Origin: Octopus vulgaris
Taxonomy: Eukaryota
Direction: 5' to 3'
Length of the DNA stretch: 64,000 nucleotides
Assembly (NCBI GenBank): GCA_951406725.2
Contig: OX597821.1
Span: forward strand, 91,574,001-91,638,000
Program-made: the position numbers and the translations under genes
Part shown: one piece after another, positions 37,581 to 51,771 of the stretch
Layout of the letters: the number at the start of each line of letters is the position of its first letter
Numbering within the stretch: the first letter of the stretch is position 1
The notes under the pieces: model-generated
What the model was told of the DNA's origin: nothing
The model's input: only the letters and a program-made list of their open reading frames with translations
Databases searched by the model: none

Positions 37581-38890
37581 TTGAATAAAATTCTACAGAG
37601 GTAACAGTTAAAGTCAAAAAGAAATTTTCCATAACACGTGTCTTTCCATATCTTTGAAAAGGTAATGTGTGATTTGTTTTAGCTACTATTTCTATTAGTT
37701 CTCAACCTCAATCTCATAGAGACGCCTCTGAACAGACCAATGTTCAAATGCAGTACAGCCATATGTTTCGTCTGTCTTTAGGAATATATAGAACTAGCTG
37801 GCCCAGTGCCATCAAAAATGGTAGCTAATTGTAATATTTTATATATAAATAAGATACAAAACCACGTTTTTAGTTAATTAATTCTTTTATTACCAAATTT
37901 TTTTAGGTGTGACATCAATCATCGTTTATTACTGAAAGAATGCTGATTCGCACATACAAACATTCTCATACTTCCCCTGTGCACGCACACCTTCCTTTCT
38001 CCTTCATATGCTATGACAGAGAAAAACACAAGAGTATTATTATAGTAGATTACACACATTGTCTAAAGTGTCCATCCTTTATTTATAATAATAGATTGTA
38101 ATTTGGGAATCATTTAGTTGCTATTTCTACAAGGTGAAATGGCCAAATAGAGATTCTCTCATTGACACGAGTTACCCTGCCTTCTTTCTGGAATAAATAA
38201 AAGAATAAATAAATACTATTTTTCTACTTCTAGAATTGGTCAGAATCTTCAGAATTTCCTCCAGAATTCTCCTTCTGTTTTTACAGGTAAAGTGACTGGT
38301 TTTGAGTGCAGATGTTATTTAATGCCAAAAGCCCTGAACTACACTTTGGACATTGGTTCGGTTAGAATGACATATCTTGTTTATATTAAGAGGAAAACCA
38401 AAAATCAACAACAATAGAAACAAAACTATCACACAACAACAACAACAACAACAACAATGGCAGCAGCAGCAACATAACCAACAGCAACAACAACAACAAC
38501 CACTACCACGACAGCAGTAACAACGACAACAACAATAATGAGAATAGCAAAAAACGAACATCTATAGTACTAAGTAAACAGCAGATGGTAAAGAGTTTGA
38601 TATTTTTTTTTAAAATTATTTTCCTAAAACAACAATGACAACACCAGCAACAACAACAGCAACAACAACAACAGTATCAACAGCAATAACATTGAAAGAA
38701 CATCAGAAGATTTCCCAAGACAGTTTGTTTGAATTACAGATTTCTTTTCCAGAACTAAAGTATCTTATTTTATTTTATTATATTTTATTTAGCTTCTTCA
38801 ATATTAGCAAAACAATGTGCTTTTCTAGATATGCACACACACACACACACACACACACACGGATATAATGAGTGTGTGTATGTGTGCAAG

Positions 38891-38949
<59 letters not shown>

Positions 38950-39829
38950 ATATTAATTTGTGCATGCATACAAATAGATTAACACATATACATTCGTTTA
39001 CAATATACCTATCACTATATACATATACACAATTATCCATAAATTTTCATGTTTATATATGTATAAATATTTTTATATTCATATATCTACATACACTCAT
39101 ATTTAAGTATGCACTCCTTTCTGTATTTGTATGTGTACACATATTTTTATACATACATACATACACACATATATATATATACATATATACACACATATAT
39201 ACACACACATATACAGTTATATTTATATACATATCTATATACACATATACATTTATATTTATATACATATACATTTACATAGTTCCATGTTCTTATGTAA
39301 ACTCATACACACTCATACGTATGCATGAATGTAGAACAAAAATTATTGTTACAAGGAACCATATTAAAACAGTTTTATTACAAAATCTGATACAGAAAAT
39401 ACTTAGGCTGATTTCTTCTCTGTCATAGAAATTCATTACTTTGAATGAATGAAGAATGTATTCTTGTGCAGAGATATTTGAAGAACTAGAGATAACCAAG
39501 GTAATATGGTTCTGGAGAAGTAAATGCAGATTTGATAACTCACATACTGTCAATGGGGTGGTGCTGCCTTTAATGCCAAGACACTTGTCTCTAAATACTA
39601 AAGTTCAGAGTAAATTTGAATATAGTTAATCACCATGAAGAGTAAAGAATCTCTGCTTAAAGCTCCAGGCTTCTAACTGACAGATAACAGTCGTTAATGC
39701 ATATAATCCTACATGTGAAGCAGGCATGGAAGTTGAAAACAAATTTTGCTCTGTCTGAGATTGTACCTTATCCAAAATACCAAAGCAAGACATAATAATA
39801 GTGAGGGAATACTGAGGGATCTCACTCAA

Positions 39830-41301
39830 TACATGGGGTGTAAAAGATTTAAACCAGAATAAAGCACAACTGGAATTGTGTAGAACAGAATGCTGGTGTT
39901 CTGCTCCTACTTAAGGGTGAGATGCATGGTTTAATAATGACCAACACACTATTCTGTCATCCAAATAGATACCAAATAGACAGGTAATATCAAAAAGTTC
40001 TGGGATTAGTTCTGTAGTGTGCCAACAGATTATAGCAGACGGTTCATTGCACAGTGAGTGCAAGCAGCGACCTTCATGAGGCAGTGTGCTGAGTGACATT
40101 GCTGTGCTTACTTCGTAAGTTGTGAAATTTGTGGGGTTTTTTTTTATCACGTGTATGCTATAGTCTACGATTTTGTCATGGACAAGAGCAAAACACCAAT
40201 GTGAAATTTTGCATTGAACTTGAGAAATATGCAACAGAGATATTGAACATGCTTTGGCAAGCTGACAGTGATGAGGTAATGGATCATATGCAATGCTTCG
40301 AGTGGCACGGGCACTACAAAAACCAAAGAACATCCCTGGAAGATGATGAGTGACCTGGAAGACCTGTCATGAGCATTACTCTTGGAAGTGTGTTATTGCA
40401 CATCAAGAATTCGTCCCCCCACCCCAGGCCAGACCATCAATTGAGAGTTCTACTGTGACGCTTTAAATCATTAGAGGGAAAACATTCAGTGAAAGTGACT
40501 GGATCTGTGGAGCATGAAGAATTGGGTTTTTTCAAGACGACAATGCGCCATGTCGACAAGCTCCCCTCACTTGTGGTTTCCTCACCAAAAACATGTTATC
40601 ACTTCTACACCCACCCTGTTCACCAGATGTAACACCTGAAGACTTCCATCTCTTCATCAAAAGGAAAATGCAGCTCAAAGGTCACCAGCTTAACACCATT
40701 GTCAAGATCCAGGGTGAATCACAGAAGGTCCTCAACTCACTTATGGAAAACAACTTCCTAGCCAGTTTTCAAAAAGGGGAAAGAAAACTGGGACCAGTGT
40801 ATTGCTGTGCAAGGTAGCTATTTCAAAGGAGATGATATTAAAACTAAAGTAAATATAGGAGTGGGAGTGGCTGTGTGGTAAGTAGCTTGCTTACCAACCA
40901 CATGGTTCCGGGTTCAGTCCCACTGCGTGGCACCTTGGGCAAGTGTCTTCTACTATTGCCTCAGGCCGACCAAAGCCTTGTGTGTGGATTTGGTGGATGG
41001 AAACTGAAAGAAGCCCGTCATATATATGTATCTATATATGTGTGTGTGTGTGTGTATACGTTTGTGTGTCTGTGTTTGTCCTCCCAACATTGCTTGACAA
41101 CCAATGCTGGTGTGTTACATCCCTGTTACTTAGCGGTTCGGCAAAAGAGACCAATAGAATAAGTACTAGTCCTGTGGTCGATTTGCTCGACTAAAGGCGG
41201 TGCTCCAGCATTGCCACAGTCAAATGACTGAAACAAGTAAAAGAGTAAATAAGTCATTTTTATTAAACATAAGGATTCTGGGAACCTTTTGACACCATGT
41301 G
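39830..41301 (+). mobile_element. Decayed mariner with both TIR remnants, interrupted by SINE-A
   Basis: TA-catggggtgtaaaag ... ccttttgacaccatgtg; EQNTNVKFCIELEKYATE..WHG..RTSLEDDE; HPPCSPDVTPEDFHLF..LKGHQLNT. Confidence 0.85.
40859..41248 (+). mobile_element. SINE-A nested in mariner
   Basis: Full structure; flanking agtaaata duplicated. Confidence 0.9.
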
Positions 41302-41449
41302 ATCAGGAGCTCCTGATCACATTCAAGATCTAAATGTTCACATAGGATTATCACCATAGAGGCTTAGTGTCACAATGATGTACAGTTCTCATGTATTATG
41401 ACTGGAGCTGATGATTACTGAATGGAACTCGACCTAATACAGTTTGGTA

Positions 41450-41960
41450 TAGCAGAAGAAATGACACCAGTGGAAAATCAACATCGAGTCTGTCAAGGAA
41501 CTCGTAAAGACAAAGCCATGTAAACATTCTATTGAATGATATGGCAATGGATAAAATTCCTGATATATAATGTTCACTAGCACTGGATATGAATGTGACA
41601 TTACTGCTGGTCTCGAGAGTCCTCACTGCAGGATTTTCAGTTGTCTGATTTGCTTATGTAACAAATGGATAAAGATCGTTTTATGAGACAAATAACCAAA
41701 TTTAATTTGCAGTGTATAAGACAATTGTTGAAGCTACTCTTTTATACATTTCTGAAATCTGTCTAAGTTTTATACAAGAATTTCATAATTTCAAGCTATT
41801 GTATTTGAAGATGTCTGAAAAACACCAGCATATCCAGTTGTGGAAAAGAGGCAAGAATGTCAGTAGGCTTCAGCAAACTAATATTTCTTGTATGAAACTA
41901 TGGCTCCACAATGTCAGTTGTGATGGCCATACAATGTTGTGGGAAACTCAGTTGCCAAAG
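41450..41960 (+). mobile_element. Old RTE relic
   Basis: VYKTIVEATLLYISE resembles RTE VYKAVVLSTLLYGSETW; upstream RVCQG. Confidence 0.5.
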
Positions 41961-41963
41961 GAA

Positions 41964-42378
41964 GGCTGCGAGCTGACAGAAATGTTAGCACGCCAGGTGA
42001 AATACTGAGCGGTATTTCATCTGCCACTATGTTCTGAGTTCAAATTCCACCAAAGTCGACTTTGCCTTTCATCCTTTCAGAGTCGATTAAATAAGTACCA
42101 GTTATGCATTGGTGTCAATATAATCGAGATAATCTGTTTGTCTGTCCTTGTTTGTCCTCTCTGTGTTTAGCCCCTTGTGGGTAGTAAAGAAATAGGTATT
42201 TTGTCTGCCGCTACGTTCTGAGTTCAAATTCCACCAAGGTCCACTTTGCCTTTCATCCTTTCTGGGTTGATTAAATAAGTACCAGTTACGCACTGGGGTC
42301 GATATAATCGACATAATCCGTTTGTCTTTCCTTGTTTATCTCCTCTGTGTATAGCCCCTTGTGAGCAGTAAAGAAATA
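41964..42378 (+). mobile_element. SINE-B head-to-tail dimer
   Basis: Junction aaagaaata|ggtatt at ~42194; near-perfect 16-bp TSD tcagttgccaaa(g/a)gaa at 41948-41963 and 42385-42400. Confidence 0.85.
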
Positions 42379-43895
42379 AGGAAGTCAGTTGCCAAAAGAA
42401 GTTTTATCATTCTGAGAAAGCCAAATGAGTTTCAAAGATGAGTTACAAAGATGTAAATCAGGGTAAGTTGAAGAAGTGTGACAACAAAATATATGACTAG
42501 AAATCATTGGTGAATAACTGATACACATGGGAACAGGTGGTCTCAAACAGAAACCAATAATTTAGCCCTACACAAACAGAAACTCAATGATGAATACAAA
42601 ACTAGAAACTACCAGATAAGACCAATACAGGGCCTTTTCTTCCTTGAGACATCAAATGCTCAGACAGAAATTTGATTTCGTGTTTTGAACCTACGTGTTT
42701 CTACATAGATGCACAGAAGTCAAATCTAAAACATAATCATTCTCAACCTTATGGGATCACAGACAGTAAATCTGTAGCTACTATGGTGTATTTTTTACTG
42801 TAAGGACATGAATGTAGTTATGTGTTTGTGACTGTTGTCATACAGTAATATCAGAAAATGTTTTAAGTAGCTCTTGAAAATTGAAGAAGGTATTAAGATC
42901 CAAATATACACGTTTATAATGGTAACAATCTCATATAATCTTATTTCTGACAGCAAGGTTAATTGAGTATATCAAATAAAATATTTTATACAGAAGCAGC
43001 ACAGCTGCAACTGATTTCAAATAGTGACTAATGAGCAGCGAGAGAAACACCTCGTCCACTTAGCTGCATAATTGGAGAGAATGTTGTGTGGTATTATTTT
43101 AAAACTTTGTGTTCTGAGTTCACATCCCACCTAGGTCAACACTGCCTTCTATTTTTTTTTTCAGGTTTGATAAATAAAGACACACTCCAAGTTAATTAAA
43201 GCACTAAATGAGATTCTATGTATTATATGTTTTAATTCCGTGCATTCTGGGTTCAACTCTCACCCAAATCTCATCAACTAACAATAGGAAAAAAAATTCT
43301 TTCAGGACCTGATAAAATTGGTAATAGTCTTGGGAAGTCCTGGAGCAAGTGTGCTCCAGTAGTTAAGCTGAATACTCTCAGTGCCAGCATGCAAGCTGGC
43401 TGTAGAAACTCTAAGGGGACATTTAAACCCTGTGTACACATAGGGAAGGAATTACTCAAGTGATAATGTATTGATAACATACATGGTATGATGGATGCTA
43501 CAGATGATAGAATAATACTTACTTTCATATTTAGTACCACAAGTGCTAAATATTAGGGGTTACCATTGGTCGATATTTGTAACCAACCAACAGCTATACT
43601 CAGAAACAGGAATGCAACATGTTACTTGTATGATTCAAAAGTGTCAGCTCAGACTGTTTGGTCATATTGCTCGATTTTTCTGAGTTAGATTCTACATATC
43701 ATATTCTCTTCTCTGAGGTTCTTTGTGAGTAGAATTAGGGAGATGGAAACTGTATGGAAGCCTGTCACATACATTATATGTGTGCTTGTTCATATTGATG
43801 TATCAAGTTGTGTTCTTGTGTGTCAAAAGGTGATTTAACCATTCAATAAATATAGAGTGATGAAATAGGTACAAGATTGAAATAAGTACAAGACT

Positions 43896-44516
43896 TTTCT
43901 ACTCTAGGTACAAGGCTTGAAATTTTGAGGGAAGGGGCCAGTCAATTAGATCGACCCCAGTATGCAACTGGTACTTAATTTATCAACCCCGAAAAAATGA
44001 AAAGCAAAGTCAACCTTGTCGGAATTTGACCTGAGAGCATAAAGATAGACAAAATACCACTAAACATTTCACCCGGTGTGCTAACGTTTCTCATTTCTTT
44101 ATTGCCCACAAGGGACTACACACAGAGAGGACAAACAAGGACAGACAAGGACAGACAAACGGATTAAGTCGATTATATCGACCCCAGGGCATAACTAGTA
44201 CTTATTTAATCGACCCCAAAAGAATGAAAGGCAAAGTGGACCTTGGCAGAATTTGAACTCAGAGCCTAAAGACAGACGAAATACCTATTTCTTTACTACC
44301 CACATGGAGCTAAACACAGAGAGGACAAACAAGGACAGACAAATGGATTAAGTCGATTATATCGACTCCAGTGCGTAACTGCTACTTAATTTATCGACCC
44401 AGTAAGGATGAAAGGCAAAGTCGACCTTGGCGGGATTTGAACTCAGAATGTAACGGCAGACGAAATACGGCTATGCATTTCGCCCAGCGTGCTAACAATT
44501 CTGCCAGCTCGCCACC
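43896..44516 (-). mobile_element. SINE-B trimer (tail1-tail1-tail2)
   Basis: Perfect 19-bp TSD ttgaaataagtacaagact at 43877-43895 and 44517-44535. Confidence 0.9.
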
Positions 44517-44939
44517 TTGAAATAAGTACAAGACTACAATAACAATGAGGATCAATATGACTGACTAACAAAACCTTGAAGGCAGTGTCTTACAGAGTGA
44601 CAGTCCAATGACCGAAACTACCAAAGACTATACATGAGTGTATCAGGAATTATAATTATCATGTACTAATACTGCAATTCAACCTCAGCTGATCATTCCT
44701 AGAAATAAATTATTATTAATACTTCTATTTTCTTTTAATGGTGTATATTCTGTTTATAACATGTTAATACTCCTTCCATACATATTTCATATTTGCTTTT
44801 CATATTCGTTTTTATTGAATCAGAGAAAATTTGTTTTGATGGAAATAATTGATTCAAATATTTATAACAAGTACATACACCTATGTGATTATATATTGAA
44901 GTGAGAGAGAGAGAAAATGGAAGGATTCTTTTATGTTTA

Positions 44940-45700
<761 letters not shown>

Positions 45701-46761
45701 ACACCTCTAAATATATGTCTGTATAAATTTATGTGTTTTCAAAAGAATCTTTTTAATTGTGTGCCATTCCTTTAGAGCTTTCACTGAAAACTAACCATCA
45801 TGTCACACAATGTGTCTCTCTGATCTTCAAATTGCTACAGAGTAAGAACATAAAAATCAATGTTCCTAGCTTCTTCTGGAATTAAAAATAAAATGAGAAT
45901 AAAAGCAGAATTAAGTCAAAGATTGTTAAAGAATTATCTATGCAAGAAATCAATATTATTTTTGAGTTAGATATGGTAAACACGAAAGACTAAGAATTGT
46001 CAAAGTGTAGCAGAGTTAACTGCAACTATGTTGCTCCCAAGTAATCTTTAATTATATTTACAAATACATCCATACATCCACACACACACACTCACGAGTG
46101 CGCACACATATGCATGCATGTATGTGCACGCACACAAACACACACATATATATATATATACACACACACATATATGTACATAGGTTTGTATGTATGTATG
46201 TATGCATATGTCTTGAATCCGTTCTTACATAGATGGCATTCATCATCATGACCACCGTTGTAATATCTAGCTTCGTTTTCCATATTTGTAAGGGTCAGAC
46301 AAAACTAAGTTGGCACAGAGCTTTTCATAGTTTGATGACCTTCCTGGTGTCAACAACTAACATCTGTCCAAGGGAGGTAATTACCTCATCCCACCTCTTT
46401 ATTGAATAACAAACAACCCAGACATACTTAGGCAGATATATACAAACAAATGACACCGTCTGAATGTGCCTTTTGTTTACAATGATCACATATGTCAATA
46501 CATGCCTAGAAGACTGAATGTGCTTCGTAATGTTTTGCTTACAAGCAGTAAGTACATTTGAAGTCATTGTGAAGGCAGTATAGTTTCGAAGCAAATAAAT
46601 ACAGATTTCCCTGCTGAATATTCAAAGATGAAGTAGCTAGCAATGACTATTCATAACTGGTGATGCAACAAATAGAAAATATGTATGTCATACTGTGACT
46701 CTTCCCTTAGTGGCATTAAAAAACTCGACCTAATGCAGATATGTATATATATGTATATATA

Positions 46762-46982
46762 TTTCTTTACTACCCACAAGGGGCTAAACACAGAGGGGAC
46801 AAACAAGGACAGACAAACGGATTAAGTCGATTACATCGACCCCAGTGCATAACTGGTACTTAATTTATCGACCCCAAAAAGATGAAAGGCAAAGTCGACC
46901 TCGGCGGAATTTGAACTCAGAATGTAACGGCAGACGAAATACGGCTACGCATTTCGCCCGGCGCGCTAACGATTCTGCCAGC
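46762..46982 (-). mobile_element. SINE-B, low divergence
   Basis: Reverse complement of family; inserted in TA-rich tract. Confidence 0.9.
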
Positions 46983-46994
46983 TATATATGTATA

Positions 46995-47200
46995 TAGTTA
47001 ATCCAAGCATGAACAAAGAGAAACCACAGCAATGCGAGGACGTGGAACAAGTATAGTGTTATTGGACGCTCAGGAAAGGAAAGAAAGAAGGAGGATTTAA
47101 CATTTCGAGCAGTGCTCTTCGTCAGAAACATAGAAAAAGGAAAGATCCAAGGAAGGGAAGATGGAGAAAGAAAATCGCCAACAATACACACGCAGTCACA
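46995..47200 (-). mobile_element. Short hammerhead-bearing element (family D/E)
   Basis: Minus GTTT-CTGACGA-A-GAGC(ACT)GCTC-GAAATGTT-AAAT at 47095-47129; homologous to 54318-54545. Confidence 0.65.
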
Positions 47201-47599
47201 TACTACCTGACATACCCGGTAATTCCCATGAAAGCGGGGCTCATCCCTTGGTTCTGTTCTCATAACTGTTTCGCTAATCCAATAACAACAATACAAAGTA
47301 TGTAGCCCTTAAAACGGTCTTTGTGCATTTACAGCAACTACCGAACTGTCTTACATAGGATCTTTTGTTTTTAGGAATTCCTGATAAGTTATGAAAACCC
47401 AAATTGTGAAGTCAGTTATGTAATAACATGGAATTAGTTATCCGATAGTAAGAATTCAAATACTATTTCTAGCACATCTAATATCCACATAGAATTCTCT
47501 TGATTAATTTTGGTTTATATAACAGTGTGGTAATAAGACAGTGATAAACAGAGAACAAAATAGTCATGGGAGAAGTTGGTGAAGACACAATACATAATT

Positions 47600-47840
47600 A
47601 ATTGTAAAGTACATTATTATATTGGTTTCAAATTTTGGTACAAGTCCAGTAAATTCAGAGGTGAAGGCAAGTCAGTCACATTTGATCTCAGTGCTCAACT
47701 GGTACTTTCTTTATCGACCCAGAAAGGATAAAAAATAAAAGTCGACCTCAATGGGATTTGAACCGAAAACATAAAGACAGATAAATTGCCTTAAAGCATT
47801 TTGCCTGGCACACTAATGATTCTGCCAGATTGCTTGCCTT
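47600..47840 (-). mobile_element. SINE-B, tail type 2, degenerate
   Basis: Family similarity. Confidence 0.7.
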
Positions 47841-48955
47841 GTAGGCCTTTAATATATATATCCAATATATTATGTTCATTATGGCTTCAAATTGTGGGCT
47901 TTGTTCTTAAGGTAGCATCATATGTATAGTTCTAGATATACAGGAAATCAAAATATTGTGCCAGCTTTTACTTATTTTCAATGTAAATATCTCTTAGAAA
48001 GAATGATTTTGCTTAGAGAAATACTATTGTTTAGCTGATGGTTGTTGTAAATTGAAGTACATCACAGTTTCTGAATAAGTGAAGTACATCCCTTCATGTA
48101 GTTTGAGGCAGCTGAAATGGTTTGCAACAAGAAAGGCATCTGGCTATAAAACATTATTTCAAAAAGCCATGCAAACCTTGGAAAAGCAAATATAAAACGC
48201 TGCTGCTACTGATGATGATGATGATGATGACGACGACGACGACGACGACGACGATGATGATGATGATGATGATGATGACAATGACGACAACAATGTTGAT
48301 GAATTTAAGCACCTAACAAGCTTTTAATTTTGATTTGAGGCCAAATCATGAATGCTCTTAGGAAGACAATAACATTGGCAATTCTTATCCTGCTTTCTGC
48401 CATAATATTGTGTGATATATTTGCAATACATATATAAGGTTTATTCTAATAAAATGTAAAAATTTTCTTCATTAATTTTTAATATACAAGAGAAAATCTA
48501 AACCTTTAAAAACCAATTTCCAAATTCTTTTTTATTCTTTTTAATAAAATCTTTCAATTAGATCTGTCATACCGGTATTACCTATTATAACATCATGGAA
48601 ATATTTTAATTAAAATTCACAATACAAATATTAAATGCAGATAATATTTCTTTGTGAAATATGTAGCTGACTGCCATTTTATAAAATATATTTTTAAAAA
48701 TTGTTATCCATATCACTTTATAGAATTTGAAATGGGTTTCATAATTTTGCTCACCAAATTATTTTCTTTGGTCTTTATGAAGATATTTACAATGCTACAT
48801 TGATTACCTTCTTAATAAGGAATTTTAAGATTAAGGTTCCTTATTGTAACAAACCGTAGTGGAGGAACTACTACCCTATCCTTTGCATTTTGAATTCCAT
48901 TCATACTTTTCTATGTTTCTTACCTTCAATTCATTCTTATTTCATCTTACAACTG

Positions 48956-50051
48956 ATAAACTGTATTTTTATTTTCCATGAAGAAAATGATAATAAAGTG
49001 TTTCATTTCTGAAGAACCACTCATTTTACTTAATAATTTCAACTTCAAGAGCCACAGCTGTCCATGTTGATGAAGTACGATTTCAAGTATCTATGTCTTA
49101 GAAACTTATGAATTTAAATATTATCTTGCTGCAAAAAGTTTCTCTTAAAATCATACAAATACGTATTAAGCATAATAGGCAACATAAGCTGTTGAATGAA
49201 TTATTACAGTATATAGATATTACATACATATATACACACATACACACACGTTATTACAACTATAAAACATATTTATGACGTTTTTTTCTTTTACCTGAGA
49301 GTGAAGTCTCTTTTTGTGAAACAAAACGTAAGCCAATGTTCAGATACTTTAATTTGTATGTCTTCCATTAACATTGCTTTGCTTCTCAGCTTCCATTAAT
49401 AGATATCTTTACAAGCTTTTAATTATCTCTGAAATCTATTTTCATGTTTGTAGCCTCACCCAAAAATGTGAGCATAGCTCATTAGCTCTCATTTTAATCT
49501 ATTTTTATGTAGTTTACAGTAGCCATTTTGCATCTGGAAATTGAAGCAAAATTTAGCTAATTGTGCTGGCAGTCACTGCATCAATCTAGCCTACAGATAA
49601 TAAAGTAGCAAACAACCCTTGAGTATTTTGAGTTAGTATTCAATAAATTAAAAAAGAGTTATAAGTTTCGAATCTGAAGCTCTTATCATTTGATCTTTTG
49701 TAAACAGCAACTTGATACTTTGTTAAAAGTGAAAGTGTAACTTTAATTTATCCCGTATTTTGTTACAGTTTCGATAGGCCTATAGTAAGTTTATTATCCT
49801 ACACAGTGGCAATCACCAGGAAAGGTTATAAAGTGGATCCTATTTAAAATTAAGTGGCCTTTGTTGGTTAAAATAAATATTACAACCAAATTGTCTATGC
49901 CAGAAATGCAAGACATCAATACTTGAAATATTACCTTATCAACTTGTCCAGCTGTGGCTCTCAGAATTGGAATTATTAATTAAGATAAGTGGTTCTGCAG
50001 AAATAAAATATTTTATTACAGTTTTTCATGGAAACTGGAAATATAGTTTAT
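48956..50051. repeat. Inverted repeat pair (arms 48956-49099 and 49910-50051)
   Basis: e.g. gaagaaccactcattttacttaataatttcaacttcaagagccacagctg vs reverse complement gcagaaccacttatcttaattaataattccaattctgagagccacagctg. Confidence 0.8.
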
Positions 50052-50259
50052 GAAATGTAATAATCTAATAATAAAATATAAAACCAAGTATGGATTTATG
50101 CTAGGAAACAGATACTCGCTTCTAATCATAATGTCGAATGTTACAAAATTAACGAAAATCACACCTAAACGTGTCGAAAAATATGTAAGGTTATAAATAT
50201 GCTGGGAATTGGTACAGAGCTGGTATGAAAATGATAATCATAATGGATACAGTTACAGC

Positions 50260-50330
<71 letters not shown>

Positions 50331-50332
<2 letters not shown>

Positions 50333-50886
50333 GCCCTGATGCAGTACCAGGCAGTGGCTCTCATGGCTGCTAATCTTAACTGATTGGAAGTGTTATCATG
50401 TACATTGTTTTGTCTTGGTATAAATGATGGGCCACAGCAAATATTGTGCTCAATACCACAGATTTGCTTGTCAGTTGTTTGACCTTAACCAGTTGAGCAT
50501 GTCCCTTAGTGGCTGACGATATGTGCATCTCTGATCACGAGCAGAAGTAGTGGAGGAGCATCATAGCCATGTGTTGAGAGGGATTCTTTGGGGTTTGAAT
50601 AATTCACCTCTGGAAACATGGGTGGTTCTTTCAACATCCTTAAACAACCCTTATTTAGGGACCTTTTGAGCAGGATGGGCTACTTGACCTGAAGAAAATT
50701 CTAACTGGGCCCCACCTGCAAGGTCATGTGCTGTTTATCTTGATATGAGATCACCATGTCGCGCACATATGGTTGTGATGCATGTGCCTGGTGTACCTTT
50801 ATCAGACGGGTAGTCATGATGGGTATATTGGGCTTCGTATATTTTACCCCAGTGTCACTTTGATGGCATGAACTGCTCTCTCACTC
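50331..50886. mobile_element. Unclassified ~556-bp interspersed element embedded in (AAT)n
   Basis: High-complexity block bounded by (AAT)n at 50260-50330 and 50887-51082; no ORF. Confidence 0.5.
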
Positions 50887-50890
50887 AATG

Positions 50891-50954
<64 letters not shown>

Positions 50955-51033
50955 TAATAATAATAATAATGATAATAATAATAACAACAACAACAACAAC
51001 AACAACAACAATAATAATAATAATAATAATAAT

Positions 51034-51080
<47 letters not shown>

Positions 51081-51771
51081 TAATAAAGAAAACTTTGCCT
51101 CTAACTATTTTTGTTATTGAGATAGGCCTTTGACATGTAACTATGATGTTTCATTTCTGTTGAAGCGATTTCATTTCAATGATGCTGATCATCATCAGTT
51201 ATTCCTTGAATATTCTGGAAAAGTACCTCTTTCCACTTTACCTCTCTTATTTGTTACACTGGTATTTCTAATAAGTGACTCTCTCATGGAACAAGTGTCT
51301 GCACAGAGCTGTACTTGACAGACAGAGATGGGCATTGTCCAAATTAACAATGTTTACATCTTTGTCCTATTTATTTCAGAGATATTTTAGGACATGCAAT
51401 TCCACTGTAGCTGAGATAGTTTGATACATGAGTTTGTAATTCACTTGTTCTTCTTGAGTTTTCAGGTTGATGTTGGTCTTCATTATAAAATATTTGAATT
51501 CATTTTTTTTAGTGTCATAGAAAGCATCCTTGTACACGTTTTCCAGTGCTGAACTCACCATAAGAATCTGATGAGAAAATGTGTTGTTACTCAAAAAGCA
51601 TTCATAGCCAGCCTATCAAAGCCAATATATGATGATGGTGGCGTTGATGTTATGGGCTTAAAGATTTTCAAGGAGATTCTGTGTTATATAATTTCTTCTA
51701 GCTTTGAATCACTTTTCTGTTTTATTGATTCTCTAGTCTTTTCTTATGAATTATCTCTCTTCATATATATA

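Noticed and set aside
46265-46360. Minus-strand ...SDPYKYGKRS* resembling an amidated neuropeptide end
   Set aside because: Weak acceptor, no signal peptide or repeated peptide; compatible with chance
49935-49994. Strong minus-strand acceptor/donor pair
   Set aside because: Stops in all three frames and part of an inverted repeat arm; not called as a coding exon
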